From an uncultured Acidobacteriota bacterium (GTDB lineage Bacteria > Acidobacteriota > Vicinamibacteria > Vicinamibacterales > CAVVIG01): a DNA stretch of 64,000 nucleotides. Each line of letters starts with the position of its first letter. Position 1 is the stretch's first letter. Position numbers and translations under genes: made by a program. Below, piece by piece: positions 43,842-59,213 of this stretch. Under the pieces are notes generated by a model, which did not search any database, had not been told where the DNA came from, and saw nothing but the letters and a program-made list of their open reading frames with translations. The stretch covers positions 969,352-1,033,351 of the forward strand of contig CAVWIZ010000001.1 of NCBI GenBank assembly GCA_963755195.1, written 5' to 3'.

Positions 43842-43942
43842 GATTCGAGGGGGTGAAATACGAGCGCTTCCGCTGACAATGCTGAGTCGAAGGTACATCT
43901 CAGCAAGAAACTGCACGCCGAAGTACGCGACGCTCACCGCAG
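43842..43942 (+). pseudogene. Degenerate duplicate of the 3' end of the GNAT-like gene (42057-42159)
   Basis: gattcgagg.ggtgaaatacgagcg...tcgaaggt..atctcagcaagaa.ctgcacgccga...caccgcag in both places. Confidence 0.85.
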
Positions 43943-43962
43943 TTTCGGAATCAGCCTTTTTG

Positions 43963-45115
43963 CGGGTCCTGTCCGCGAGCAGCCCACTCAACCACCCCAC
44001 CGCGCAAAGTCCGCGCGGCGGGGACCCCGGGGGTGCTCACGCCGCAGAAACGTGCTCACGGCTGCCGGCCCTCCGCGCCCGAGCGCGGGGTCCCGCATCG
44101 CGGCAGCCGCGTTGGGGTGCCTCGGGCGCCGCGGCCACCCGCACGCGGGCTGGACTCCCACCGTTGAAACATTTCGACACGGCGCCGCCGGTGAGTTGAG
44201 GCCGTTACGGGCCAGCATGGCACATCATTCCGGACTCGCCTGCGCGTCCAGATTCCGCGCCTAATCGCCTGTGCTGCTTGCGGGCTAATAGTAGAATCGC
44301 CGGTGAGTCTGGCAGTTGGAGTCCTTTGTAATGAAATTGCGCGTTGTCGTGATGGCACTTGCGGCCACGGCGGCCGCGTGCTCGTCTCGGCGACCACCAG
44401 CGCTCAAGGATGTAGAGGCTCGGTTTTCCGCTCACCGAACGGAACTTGCCGATGTGACTCGAATGATCGAAGGAGATGCCCGGTCTCAAGACGCGTTCTC
44501 CGTAGGAAAAGACCACGTGGGCGAGTATTGGCAGGGATTCACTGGGTGGTCGAAGCTGAGTGGCCCCAACGTTCCGTTCGCGCGGGTTCTGGAGGAGAGC
44601 GGACTGACGCAGGATCGGTACAACCGCTACATGAGTGTGCTTTCGGCGTTTGGCGCCGAACGAGTCACCTTTGTGCGGCTCTCGGGCGCTCCGCCTAGGA
44701 CGGAATTGCTTCTCTACCGATCGGGGATGGTCTTTTCAGGGTGCGTGATGGATCTGACGAATGAACGCCTTGTTCCGGATGCCGGGCAAGGAGAGAACGG
44801 TCAAGTGACGGCCCTCGCCGACGGATGGTTTGTCCGGTACGCGTGCGTTTAGTATCCCTGTGGGCAACTTCTGCTGGGAGAGTGAACATCCTGGATGCAG
44901 CCCGTTCAGATGGTGCTCGGTGTTCCTCGAACGAGGAAGACGCTGCCCTCGCTCACCGTCCGGTTTCATGACCCAGCGGGTGGCCGCGAACGGGCGCCCG
45001 CCGGGCGCGGAGGCGTGAGCCGTGACCATGGTTTTTCGCCGAGCACCCCGGGGTCCCCGCCGCGCGGAGTTTGCGCGGTGGGGTGGCTCGGTGGGCTGTT
45101 CGCGGACAGGACCCG
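43963..45115. mobile_element. Cassette bounded by ~75-bp inverted repeats
   Basis: 43963-44038 is a near-perfect reverse complement of 45041-45115. Confidence 0.65.
44331..44852 (+). CDS. Hypothetical lipoprotein
   Basis: MKLRVVVMALAATAAAC lipobox; visibly lower GC than neighbours. Confidence 0.7.
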   Translation: MKLRVVVMALAATAAACSSRRPPALKDVEARFSAHRTELADVTRMIEGDARSQDAFSVGKDHVGEYWQGFTGWSKLSGPNVPFARVLEESGLTQDRYNRYMSVLSAFGAERVTFVRLSGAPPRTELLLYRSGMVFSGCVMDLTNERLVPDAGQGENGQVTALADGWFVRYACV

Positions 45116-45155
45116 GCTCGTCATGAAACCGCTCTCGAGCCTGCGAGCCCACGAG

Positions 45156-47075
45156 CTAGACGTCCAGTTCCTCGGCCTGGTCGGCGCGCTCCATGATGAA
45201 CCGGAAGCGGGCGGACGCGTCCTTGCCCATCAGCTCGTTCATGACGCGATCGGTGACGATCTGATCGGTCACTTCCACGCGCAGCAGGCGGCGGGTCTTC
45301 GGGTTGAGCGTCGTTTCCCACAGCACTTTCGGCATCATCTCGCCGAGACCCTTGAAGCGGGTGATTTCCGGCGTCCCCCGGCCGTGACCGTTCTTCGCGT
45401 GCTGCTTCAGAATCCCGTCCCGCTGCGCATCGTCGAGCGCCCAGTGCGTGTCCTTGCCGATGTCGATGCGATAGAGCGGCGGCTGGGCGAGGTACACGTG
45501 ACCGTTCGTGATGAGCTGGGGGAGATGCCGGTAGATGAACGTCAGGAGGAGCGTGGCGATGTGGTTGCCGTCGGAATCGGCGTCGGCCAGGATGATGATC
45601 TTCCCGTAGCGAAGCCGGGACAGCTCGAAGTTCTTGCCGAGGCCGCAGCCAAGCGCGATGACCAGATCGGTGAGCTCCTTGTTCTCGAGCACCTTGGCCA
45701 GCGACGCGCTCTCCGTGTTGAGCACCTTGCCGCGAAGGGGAAGAATCGCCTGCCGCGCGCGATCGCGCCCCTGTTTGGCCGACCCGCCGGCCGAGTCGCC
45801 TTCCACGATGAAGATCTCGCTGCCTTCGCTTGTCGAGTTCGTGCAGTCGCTCAGCTTTCCCGGCAGGTTCAGGCGCGTGGACGTCGCGCTCTTGCGCGAC
45901 ACCTCGGCCTGCGCGGCGCGGCTGGCCTCGCGCGCGCGCGCGGCGAGAATGATGCGCCCGACGATCGCTTCGGCGACGCTGATGTTGTGGTTCAGCCAGT
46001 GCTCGAGCGCGGGCCGCACGACGCCGTCGACGGCCGACACCAGCTCGGGGTTGTTCAGGCGATCCTTCGTCTGGCCCTGGAACTGCGGCTCCTGAACGAA
46101 CAGGCTCAGCACGCCGGTGAGACCTTCGCGAATGTCTTCGGCGATGAGCGTCACGCCTTTGGGCGAGAGATTGTGTGTCTCGATGAAATTGCGGACCGCC
46201 TTGCCGATGCCGGCCCGCAGCCCGCCTTCGTGCGTCCCGCCCGAGCCGGTGGGGATGCCGTTGACGTACGACCGGAGGTGCTCGTCGGTGGCTTCGGTCC
46301 ACTGCAGGACGAGATCCATTCGCAGCCCTTCGTCTTTGTTCAACGTGAAGGGGGCTTCGTGCACCGGCTTGGCGCCGCGCTCGGCGATGATCTTCTTCAG
46401 GTAGTCGACGAGGCCCTCGGCCTGCTCGAAGACGGCTTTCTGCTTCGTCGCCTCGTCGTCGAACACGACCTTCACGCCTTTGTGCAGGTAGCTGGCGACC
46501 TCGAGCCTCTCCCTGATGACGTCGGGCTCGAACTCGATCTTCGGGAAGATCGTGGCGTCGGGGCGGAAGTACACGGTGGTCCCGGTGCCCCTGGCCGCGC
46601 CAACCTTCCTGAGCGCTCCGACGGGCTTTCCCTGCTTGAAGCGCATTTCCCATTGCCCGCCGTCGCGCTTCACCGTGGCCACGAGTTCTTTCGACAGCGC
46701 GTTGACCACGCTGGCGCCGACGCCGTGGAGGCCTCCCGCGGTCTTGTAGCTGCCGTGCTCGAACTTGCCGCCGGCGTGCAGGACGGTAAAGATCACTTCA
46801 AGCGCGCTTTTCTTCGTTTTCGGATGCTTGTCCACGGGCACGCCGCGGCCATCGTCTTCGATCGTGATGGAGGAGCCGTCGGAGTGGAGCGTGACATGGA
46901 TATTGGACGCGAACCCGTTCATCGCCTCGTCGATCGCGTTGTCGAGAATCTCCCAGACGAGATGGTGCAGCCCGGACGAGCCGACGCCGCCGATGTACAT
47001 ACCGGGGCGTTTTCGAACCGGCTCGAGGCCCTCGAGCACGGTGATGTCTTTGGCGGTGTATTCCGCGGATGCCAT
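45156..47075 (-). CDS. Type IIA topoisomerase subunit B (ParE/GyrB-like)
   Basis: LEPVRKRPGMYIG, EILDNAIDE, GGLHGVG, EGDSAGG, PLRGK, DADSDG, RFKGLGEM. Confidence 0.95.
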   Translation of the reverse strand: MASAEYTAKDITVLEGLEPVRKRPGMYIGGVGSSGLHHLVWEILDNAIDEAMNGFASNIHVTLHSDGSSITIEDDGRGVPVDKHPKTKKSALEVIFTVLHAGGKFEHGSYKTAGGLHGVGASVVNALSKELVATVKRDGGQWEMRFKQGKPVGALRKVGAARGTGTTVYFRPDATIFPKIEFEPDVIRERLEVASYLHKGVKVVFDDEATKQKAVFEQAEGLVDYLKKIIAERGAKPVHEAPFTLNKDEGLRMDLVLQWTEATDEHLRSYVNGIPTGSGGTHEGGLRAGIGKAVRNFIETHNLSPKGVTLIAEDIREGLTGVLSLFVQEPQFQGQTKDRLNNPELVSAVDGVVRPALEHWLNHNISVAEAIVGRIILAARAREASRAAQAEVSRKSATSTRLNLPGKLSDCTNSTSEGSEIFIVEGDSAGGSAKQGRDRARQAILPLRGKVLNTESASLAKVLENKELTDLVIALGCGLGKNFELSRLRYGKIIILADADSDGNHIATLLLTFIYRHLPQLITNGHVYLAQPPLYRIDIGKDTHWALDDAQRDGILKQHAKNGHGRGTPEITRFKGLGEMMPKVLWETTLNPKTRRLLRVEVTDQIVTDRVMNELMGKDASARFRFIMERADQAEELDV

Positions 47076-47080
47076 CAGTT

Positions 47081-48568
47081 CTAGTCGTCGTTCGGTTCGG
47101 CCGCGGCCTTTTTCGATCGAGTGGTGCGCCTCGCCGCAGGCTTGCGCGATCCCGCTGGCCCCGCGGCGCGAGCCGTCTTCCGCGGTCCCGCCGATGCCGG
47201 CCCTCTCGCCCGCGGCCGCCTCGGCGTCGCGCGGCCGAGCAGTTCGGCCGTCGTGTCGATGACATTGCCGTCGTGATCGGCCGGTTCGGCGTCAATCGGG
47301 ATGAGCGGCTGGCCGGCGCCTTCGTCCACCGCCTCGTCGATAGCCGAGTCGTCGTGGGGAGACGAATCGAGCGGTTGCGCGACGTGAACATCGGTTGGCC
47401 GCTGCAACGCCGCGCCCGGAAACACGCGGAGGCCTCCGCGCCGGTCGCGCTCGAGGCGCATCACGCCGTCGCGTTGGCACGCGCGCAGCAGATCCATCAG
47501 CCCGCCAAAGCCATACCGCCGTTCGTCGAAGCTGCCGTCCGCCGCGCGGAGCAGCTGCTTCACGTTGCGGATGTACATCGGCCATCTGGCGGTCGTCGCC
47601 TTCTGAAGAACCTCGTTCACGAACCGGACGCCGTCCGCCGCCGACTCCGTGACGGCCGGCGCCGGCGAACTGTATTGGTCTCCGGACCTCTGGTCTCCGG
47701 ACCTCGACACGTCAGCGGCACCCGCGGCCTGGACGACATCCGGGGGCGGGGGCATCTCGTCGGTCGTCGTTCGGACTTTCTGATCCGCTCCCTCGCCCTC
47801 GTCGAACAACGGGTTCAACTCGACCATCACGCTGCGGCCGGTCTGCTTCAGGAGGACCAGGCCCGAATGCGCGAGCTTCTCGGTGAAATCCAGAAAGGAG
47901 GACGCGCCGTAGTTGCGCTCGGAGAACGTCGAGTCGAGCTGCAGCAGCGTGCTCTTGAGGAGGCCCGTCTGCGGCGACACCTCGCGGTCGGCCAGAATCT
48001 TGAGCGCCCGCCGGACAATCGGAAACGCCTGCGCCACGGGCGACGCCGCGGGCTGCGCGACGGGACGCCCGCCTTTGCTCGGCATCCGTCGCACGCCGGA
48101 GAGGTTTTCGTACGCGATGAACTCGTGGCAGTTCCGCTGCAGGATTCCGCTCGTAAACGCGCGTCCTCCGACGACGAACACCTTCTTGTCGTACTGCTTG
48201 AGCTTCTCGACGAGCGACAGAAAGTCGCTGTCGCCGCCGACGATCACGTAGGCGTTGATGTGCTGGTGCGTGAACGCCATCTCGAGCGCGTCGAGCGCGA
48301 GGTTGATGTCGGCGCCGTTCTTGTCGCCGCCCGGCGTCAGGTTGCGCTGGACGAGGCGGATGGCGTGCTGTGTGAGCGCGCGGCTGTACTCGCCGGCGCG
48401 CGTCCAGTCGGCGTAGGCGATTTTGGTGATGACCTCGCCGCGTTCCTTGATGGCCTCGAGGACGGCGCCGACGTCGAACTGCTGGCCGAGGGTGGTTCTG
48501 ACGCCGATTTCGATGTTGTCGAAGTCGATGAAAACGGCGATGTTCAGGCGTTCCTGCTGAGAGGGCAA
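47081..48568 (-). CDS. NYN (LabA/DUF88) domain protein with two OST-HTH/LOTUS-like domains
   Basis: FIDFDN, KNGADI.LALD, GDSDF, and F.ER.YG twice. TTG start after AAGGA. Confidence 0.88.
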   Translation of the reverse strand: MPSQQERLNIAVFIDFDNIEIGVRTTLGQQFDVGAVLEAIKERGEVITKIAYADWTRAGEYSRALTQHAIRLVQRNLTPGGDKNGADINLALDALEMAFTHQHINAYVIVGGDSDFLSLVEKLKQYDKKVFVVGGRAFTSGILQRNCHEFIAYENLSGVRRMPSKGGRPVAQPAASPVAQAFPIVRRALKILADREVSPQTGLLKSTLLQLDSTFSERNYGASSFLDFTEKLAHSGLVLLKQTGRSVMVELNPLFDEGEGADQKVRTTTDEMPPPPDVVQAAGAADVSRSGDQRSGDQYSSPAPAVTESAADGVRFVNEVLQKATTARWPMYIRNVKQLLRAADGSFDERRYGFGGLMDLLRACQRDGVMRLERDRRGGLRVFPGAALQRPTDVHVAQPLDSSPHDDSAIDEAVDEGAGQPLIPIDAEPADHDGNVIDTTAELLGRATPRRPRARGPASAGPRKTARAAGPAGSRKPAARRTTRSKKAAAEPNDD

Positions 48569-48599
48569 ATCGGGAGTCCTTTCATGACGTCGTTCTATT

Positions 48600-51026
<2,427 letters not shown>

Positions 51027-51079
51027 GACGATCGTATCTTACCGAAAAAACGAAGGGCGCGGCGATGTGCTGCCGCGCC

Positions 51080-51121
51080 CCCGAACCGTGAACCCCGAAC
51101 CCCGAACCGTGAACCGTGAAC
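51080..51121. repeat. Heptamer tandem repeat (C(C/G)(C/T)GAAC) x6
   Basis: cccgaac cgtgaac cccgaac cccgaac cgtgaac cgtgaac. Confidence 0.85.
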
Positions 51122-51124
51122 CGC

Positions 51125-53302
<2,178 letters not shown>

Positions 53303-53477
53303 GACCTCGCTCCCCTCTTAACGTTATGGATTGCGTTCGGAAAAATGCATTATTGGCTGACTCGTGCGGTCGTTGCAAGAAGATGAGAGGCCTGCGCTAC
53401 CGCTCGGCGCCGGACTTACAAAGTGTCAACGCTGAATTCGTTGGGCCCGTCCCCCGCATCAAAGATCAAAGGAAGAC

Positions 53478-54134
53478 CTAAAGACTGTCGCGGACGTGCC
53501 CGGTCCAGCCCAGCACGATCAGGAACTCGGCCAGCACCATGGCCGTCGCGCCCCAGATCTCGTCGTGCCCGATTCGAAATGCCGGCGCCACCACGCGACG
53601 GCCGTCGCGCTCGCGCTCGGTCGACACGACCGAGCCGGGCGCCATCAGGTCGTCCACGGGCACTTCGAGAATGCGCGCGACCTCCCCGTCGGTGGCGGCC
53701 AACGCCGGCCGGCGGCTGGTCGCGCCGACGATCGGGTGCAGGCGAAAGCCGCTGACCGGAATGTCGACCGGCGTCAACGCCCCCACGATGCGAACACCCT
53801 CGGTCGTCAGCGCGATTTCTTCGTGCGCTTCACGAAGGGCCGCCTGTTCGAAGCCTTCGCCCGGCTCGACGACGCCGCCGGGCAAGCTCACCTGTCCGCT
53901 GTGCCGCCCCAGCGTTGTCGCCCGCACGGTCAGCACGATATGCGCCCGGCCGGCGCGCGGGAAAACGAGCAACAGACCGGCCGCGTGCCGGATCCCAGCC
54001 GCGTCGAAACCTTCCGGCCAGACCCGTCGCGGCCGCGGTGCCATGTGCGCCTGCGCGGTCCTGCCGGGCAGGGGTTTTGCGAGTGCAGAACTCAGATCGG
54101 CGATCAGGGCGGAAAAAGAACGCGTCACCTGCAA
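53478..54134 (-). CDS. Nudix hydrolase, CoA pyrophosphatase-like
   Basis: HSGQVSLPGG, AALREAHEEI, IWGATA. Confidence 0.9.
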   Translation of the reverse strand: MQVTRSFSALIADLSSALAKPLPGRTAQAHMAPRPRRVWPEGFDAAGIRHAAGLLLVFPRAGRAHIVLTVRATTLGRHSGQVSLPGGVVEPGEGFEQAALREAHEEIALTTEGVRIVGALTPVDIPVSGFRLHPIVGATSRRPALAATDGEVARILEVPVDDLMAPGSVVSTERERDGRRVVAPAFRIGHDEIWGATAMVLAEFLIVLGWTGHVRDSL

Positions 54135-54219
54135 AACGCTGAACGGAAAGTGTAAACGTTAACGTGAAGCGTAAGAGCGAGTCGCGCTCATTTTACGTTA
54201 CGCGTCGTCTGGCGCCTCG

Positions 54220-55124
54220 TCAGGGAACGGCCGTCATCGCCGGACAGCTGCTCCTTGGCGCCGGGTAGGACGAGGACGTAATGGCGTTGACGATTTCCGA
54301 GCTGATAAAGGCATAACCCGCGTTGTTGGGGTGAAAGTCAGATGAGTAGTTCGACGGCAGATACGACCGCGCGTCACACATCAGATCGACGACGGTGATT
54401 CCTTGCGAGGTGAGCCCATTGACGCTGGCGGTCGTGAATCCTACGGACAGCCGTTGCTGAGCCTGCCGCTGGTCGAGTGGGGCGCCCGCGAAATATGGGA
54501 GCGCCGCGACATTCGGGACATTCAGGACGATGATGCGCGTCGAAGGCGCCCGGGTGCGGATCCCGGCGACAAGCGTCGCATAGTCGCCGGTGAACGCCCT
54601 GATTTGCGCGTCGATGAAGGCGGTCGCGTTGCCGCCACCCGCGCCGGCGCCAAGCGCGGACACGGTCGTGATCACGTCGTTGACGCCGGCAAAAACGGTG
54701 GTCACCGTCGAATCCGGCAGCACGAAGGGCATTTGTCCGTCGATGAAGTTGCCGAGAATCGTCCGGCCGTACTGCATGCCGAGCGCTTCGAAGTCTCGCC
54801 CGATGACCGCGGTCCCGACCCCGAGGTTCATCAGCTTCACGGTGAACTGCCGCGCCTTCAGGGCTCGCACCGTCACCGGCACGTACCCATGCCGTCCGGG
54901 CAATCGGTGTAGGGAAGGCACACGGCGCTCGATCCGACGCCCATCGCATCGCTCGCGCCGACGGCCGAATACACCACGGTCGAGCCAGCGACCGGCGGGC
55001 CGCTCGGGGCGGCCGGCTTGTCGTCGTCGGTGTTCAGGAACGGGAGCTTGCTGCAGGCCGAGGTCAGCACGCCAAGGCCCAGGACGGCCACTCCGATCCG
55101 CAAAATTGGAGAAGAGTGGCTCAC
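54220..55124 (-). CDS. SGNH/GDSL hydrolase lipoprotein; apparent frameshift near 54885
   Basis: Lipobox TSAC and GASDAMG in one frame; NLG, GVND and DFHPN in the other. Confidence 0.75.
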
Positions 55125-55217
55125 CAAGAAAAAAAGTTGCAGGGAGGATACCGTCTGGACCGGGTCACCGTTATTAGAATGGCACGAATTGAGGGTCACG
55201 CGCGCGAGTATTCGCCG

Positions 55218-55760
55218 ATGCGGCTGCGAATAATTGCCACCACTCTTCGCGCCGCCGCGACCGGTATGGTGAACGCCGCGCTCGGGCGCGTCGCGCCGAC
55301 GGACGTGGACCTTCGCGTTGGCGATCCTGCGCCGGATTTCACACTTCCCGGCTCGGACGGCCGCACGTATCAGCTCAGCCATTACCGCAGCCGGCAGGCG
55401 GTGGTCATCGCGTGGTTCCCCAGGGCCTTCACCGGCGGGTGCACGACCGAGTGCCGGTCGCTTGGCGTCAACGACAGCGCGTTGCGCGCGTTCAACGTCC
55501 AGTACTTCGCGGCGAGTGTCGATGCACCCGGCAGCAACGCCGAGTTCGCTCGCGCGCTCGGCCTGCGGTTTCCCATTTTGAGCGATGAGTCCAGGGACAC
55601 CGCCCGCGCCTACGGCGTGCTGACCAGGAGCGGCTTCGCGTCGCGTTGGACGTTTTACATCGGGCTCGACGGCCGCATACTCGACATCGACAAGCACGTC
55701 GAGGCGGCGTCGCACGGTCGTGACGTGGCCGCCCGTTTGTCGGAGCTTGGCATCTCATGA
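55218..55760 (+). CDS. Peroxiredoxin (BCP/AhpC-TSA family)
   Basis: [28 protein letters not shown]. Confidence 0.9.
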   Translation: MRLRIIATTLRAAATGMVNAALGRVAPTDVDLRVGDPAPDFTLPGSDGRTYQLSHYRSRQAVVIAWFPRAFTGGCTTECRSLGVNDSALRAFNVQYFAASVDAPGSNAEFARALGLRFPILSDESRDTARAYGVLTRSGFASRWTFYIGLDGRILDIDKHVEAASHGRDVAARLSELGIS

Positions 55761-58309
55761 CGCTGCTCGACCGATTCCGCACGCAACCGCGCCAGAAGCA
55801 TCCCGATCCGACGGTTCGATTGGCCTATGTCGCCGAGCTTCCGCTCACCGAGCGCGATCTGATCATCGCGGCAGCGCTCGAAGACGAGGATGTGCGCGTG
55901 CGCCGTGCGGCGGTCGCCAAACTGATGGATCCGTCGGCGCTCGGTGCCATTGCGCGCGACGACGCCGACACCGGCGTGCGGGATCTCGCGCTGGCGATGC
56001 TGCGCGACATCGCGCTTGATGCCTTCGAGGGCGTGGACGAGAAGGACAGCCTGGGAGCCGTCGACGTGATCGGCGATGCCAGGACGCTGGCGCAGATTGC
56101 GAAAAACTCAGTGCGCGAGCCCGTGGGCCGCCAGGCGGTCGCGCGTCTCGAGCAGCTGGCCGACGCGCACATGCTGGCGTCGGTCGCCCGGCACGCCGTG
56201 CTCGAACCGATTCGCCAGGCGGCGTTCGGCCACTTGCACGATCGCGCCGACATCCTTGCGGTCGCCATGAACAGTGAATTCAAAGACACCGCGACAGCGG
56301 CAGTGAACTGCCTCTCCGAACGCGAGGATCTCGAACAGGTTGTCGCGCGCGCGAAAAACAAGCCGGCGGCCAAGCGGGCCGGCGCCGTGTTGCGTGAGCT
56401 AGACGAGCGCGCCGCGCGCGAAGCCGCCGCGCTCCTCGCGGCGTCCGCGCCGACCCTGCCGGTCGCGGCAGCCCCGGTGGCCGAGGTCGTGACGGTGGTG
56501 GCGCACGACACCGCGGCGGACGCTGCTGAAGAAGACGCACAGTCTGAAGCGGCGCGCGAGAGCGCCGAAGCGCGGCGGCGAGCCGAGGCCGACGCCGCCG
56601 AGCGCGCACGCCAGGAACGCGAGCAGGCGGCGGAACACGCCCTTCAGGAGGCCGAGGCTGAGCGGCGCCTGCGCGAAGCCGCCGCCGCCAGTGAAAAGGC
56701 TGAAGCCGAACGCGAGGAGGCCGCGCGCCGGCGAACGGCTGAGGAAGCCGAAGCCCGGGTACGCCGCGACGGGCTCAATCGCATCAACCAGTTGCTCGGG
56801 CGGGCGGACGCGCTCGTCGCCAGGCCCGATCTCTCGCTGAAGACCGCCAGCCGCGTGTTGCGCGATGTGCGCGCGGCGCTGGCCGATGTTCCGCCGCTGC
56901 CGTCGAGGCGTGAGTACGACGAGGTCGTGCTGCGACTCAAAGCCGCGCAGGCGGCGCTCCAGCCAAAGGTTCAGGATCTGCGCGAGGTCGCCGAGTGGCA
57001 GCAGTGGGCCAACATCGGGATTCAGGAGCAGCTCTGCGAGAAGATGGAGGCGCTTCGAGCGACCGACGACGCCGAGGCCGTGGCGCGACGCATTCACGAG
57101 CTCCAGCAGCAGTGGCGCGAGGCCGCCGACGTGCCCCGGGCGCAGGGCGAGGCGTTGTGGCGCCGGTTCAAGGCAGTCCACGACGAGCTCTGGGCACGGT
57201 GCGAAGCGCACTTTGCCGCGCAGGCGAGCGTCCGCTCCGAGAATCTCACGAAGAAAGCCGCGCTGTGCGAGCGTGCCGAAGCGCTCGCCGACTCCACCAG
57301 TTGGCTGCAGACGGCCGAGGCCATCAAAGAGCTGCAAGCCGCCTGGAAAACCATCGGGCCCGTGACGCGCGGCCAGGAAAAGGCGATCTGGGACCGGTTC
57401 CGCGCCGCCTGCGATCGCTTCTTCACCCGACGCCAGGACGATCTCATCAAACGCAAACTGATTTGGGCCGAGAACTTTGCCAAGAAAGAAGCGCTCTGTC
57501 TCGCCGTCGAGGCGCTGGCCGGCTCGAACGACTGGGAGGCGACCTCCGCCGAAATCCGCCGGCTCCAGAGTGAATGGAAGACGATCGGACCGGTGAAGAA
57601 GAGCCGCTCGGATGCCATCTGGCAGCGCTTCCGCGCCGCGTGCGACACGTTCTTCGCCCGCTATGCCCAGCGGCACGACATCGCGCGAGCCGAGCGCGTC
57701 GCGGCTCGCGAGGCGATCTGCGCCGCGCTCGAAGCGCTCGCGCCTTCGCCGGCCGTGAATGACTCGGCTTCGGCGCCGCAAGCGCTCGAAATCGAGTCAC
57801 CCGCGGGTGAGCCGCCGGCTGATCTTCTGCCCACGGTCCGCGCCCTTCGCACCCGCTGGCAACAGGAACTCGCCGCCCGCGGCGTCGATCGCGAGCAGGC
57901 GGCGACACTCGATCGGCGCTACGCGGACGCGTGCCAGCGCGTCATCTCGCGCTGGCCCGAGCCGTTCGCCGGCACGGATCTCGACCCCGACGCCAATCGC
58001 AAGCGGATGGAGTCGCTCGTGGTGCGAATAGAGGAACTGGCCGCCACGCTGTCGGGCTCGCCTGCGCCGAGTCAGGGCGAAGTGTCGCAGGCGGCCAAAC
58101 TGGCGGCGATGCTCAAGGAAGCGCTGGCCGCCAATACGATCGGCGGCAAGGTCGATATGGAAAGCCGCCGTCGCGCCGCGCAGGAGGACGTCAGGCAGGC
58201 CCAGGCCGCGTGGTCGCGCATTGCCGCGGCCCCCGTGGACGATGTCGCCAGGCGCGCGTTGTCGGAACGTTTTCAGCGCGCGGTCAGCCAGATCTCAGAG
58301 GCGCGATAG
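55757..58309 (+). CDS. DUF349-like repeat protein
   Basis: Repeated K.ALC..AE.L...LQ..WK.IGPV....IW.RFRAACD.FF units; N-terminal KHPDP.VR. Confidence 0.85.
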   Translation: MTLLDRFRTQPRQKHPDPTVRLAYVAELPLTERDLIIAAALEDEDVRVRRAAVAKLMDPSALGAIARDDADTGVRDLALAMLRDIALDAFEGVDEKDSLGAVDVIGDARTLAQIAKNSVREPVGRQAVARLEQLADAHMLASVARHAVLEPIRQAAFGHLHDRADILAVAMNSEFKDTATAAVNCLSEREDLEQVVARAKNKPAAKRAGAVLRELDERAAREAAALLAASAPTLPVAAAPVAEVVTVVAHDTAADAAEEDAQSEAARESAEARRRAEADAAERARQEREQAAEHALQEAEAERRLREAAAASEKAEAEREEAARRRTAEEAEARVRRDGLNRINQLLGRADALVARPDLSLKTASRVLRDVRAALADVPPLPSRREYDEVVLRLKAAQAALQPKVQDLREVAEWQQWANIGIQEQLCEKMEALRATDDAEAVARRIHELQQQWREAADVPRAQGEALWRRFKAVHDELWARCEAHFAAQASVRSENLTKKAALCERAEALADSTSWLQTAEAIKELQAAWKTIGPVTRGQEKAIWDRFRAACDRFFTRRQDDLIKRKLIWAENFAKKEALCLAVEALAGSNDWEATSAEIRRLQSEWKTIGPVKKSRSDAIWQRFRAACDTFFARYAQRHDIARAERVAAREAICAALEALAPSPAVNDSASAPQALEIESPAGEPPADLLPTVRALRTRWQQELAARGVDREQAATLDRRYADACQRVISRWPEPFAGTDLDPDANRKRMESLVVRIEELAATLSGSPAPSQGEVSQAAKLAAMLKEALAANTIGGKVDMESRRRAAQEDVRQAQAAWSRIAAAPVDDVARRALSERFQRAVSQISEAR

Positions 58310-58408
58310 GTGGCGGCTTCACTGGAACTCGCGTCTGGACAGTTCCCAGCATCCGGCCGCGGCAACCGCCAGGCCAGAAGCGCCGCGAGAAGCTCTGCAT
58401 CGCCAGAA

Positions 58409-58600
58409 TGACCAACGCGACCGGCAACACCGCGCTCCACGCGTCGGTCAGCCGGGGCGATCGCGTGGTGAAGCTGCTGGCCGACCGCGGCGCCGATCGG
58501 CAGACGAAGAACTAGGCGGGCCTGACGGCGCTCGACCTCGCCCTCGGCGCGGGCGGCGGGCGCCGCGGCGGCGTCGTGCGCGAGAGTGCTGCCGCAGCTG
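58409..58600 (+). pseudogene. Ankyrin-repeat gene remnant
   Basis: NATGNTALHA...VVKLLADRGAD..TKN*AGLTALDLA with an in-frame stop. Confidence 0.7.
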
Positions 58601-58665
58601 ATGGGTGCGCCGGCAGTCGCGTTGAGGCCGGCGTCTTGCGCCGGCCTTGGTGTCCCTGCTCAGCT

Positions 58666-59151
58666 CTATTGGGTCACGATGAGGGAGCTGTTGTTGAGTT
58701 GGCCCGTGGGTGCAGAGCCCGCATCCATGTCGACTAGAACCGCGTCGATGGTGACCTTGTGGAGTGCATTCTTGAGGTACGGGCTCAAGACAGTAATCGA
58801 GTGGGTCGCCCACCCGTTCCCGAGTCCGTCGATACCTGTGCAGAACGCGTCGTGGGTGCCCGCCGTGGGAGGCAACGCGACGCCGTCCACCTTTATCTCA
58901 AGGCTGATCCCCTCGAGAGAGCCGCCACTAGTGTGACACTCGGCGGAGTAGGTGACCGCAAACCTGCCCGACCCATAAAACGCGAGGCTGGTCGCCAGAG
59001 CATTGGTCAACGGCACGTTCACGGTCGCGCCAGGCGTTAACAGATCGAAAACACCAGTTCTGGTCGCATTCCACTGCAACGTTGCGTATAGCGTAGACGT
59101 CGCGACGAGTAAACCCGAGGCGAGAGCGACAAGCATCCGCTTTGACATCAT
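58666..59151 (-). CDS. Hypothetical secreted beta-rich protein
   Basis: AAGGAG RBS, signal peptide, two Cys. Confidence 0.7.
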   Translation of the reverse strand: MMSKRMLVALASGLLVATSTLYATLQWNATRTGVFDLLTPGATVNVPLTNALATSLAFYGSGRFAVTYSAECHTSGGSLEGISLEIKVDGVALPPTAGTHDAFCTGIDGLGNGWATHSITVLSPYLKNALHKVTIDAVLVDMDAGSAPTGQLNNSSLIVTQ

Positions 59152-59213
59152 CGTCTCCTTTCGTGTTGCCAACAGAAGTCTCCGGCTCGTTCTTGGTTCT
59201 CGTCGGCGTCCTA

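Noticed and set aside
42979-45131. Integron cassette array
   Set aside because: The repeats lack RYYYAAC/GTTRRRY attC ends and no IntI is present.
55430-55460. Selenocysteine in the peroxiredoxin active site
   Set aside because: The codon is TGC (Cys), with no in-frame TGA.
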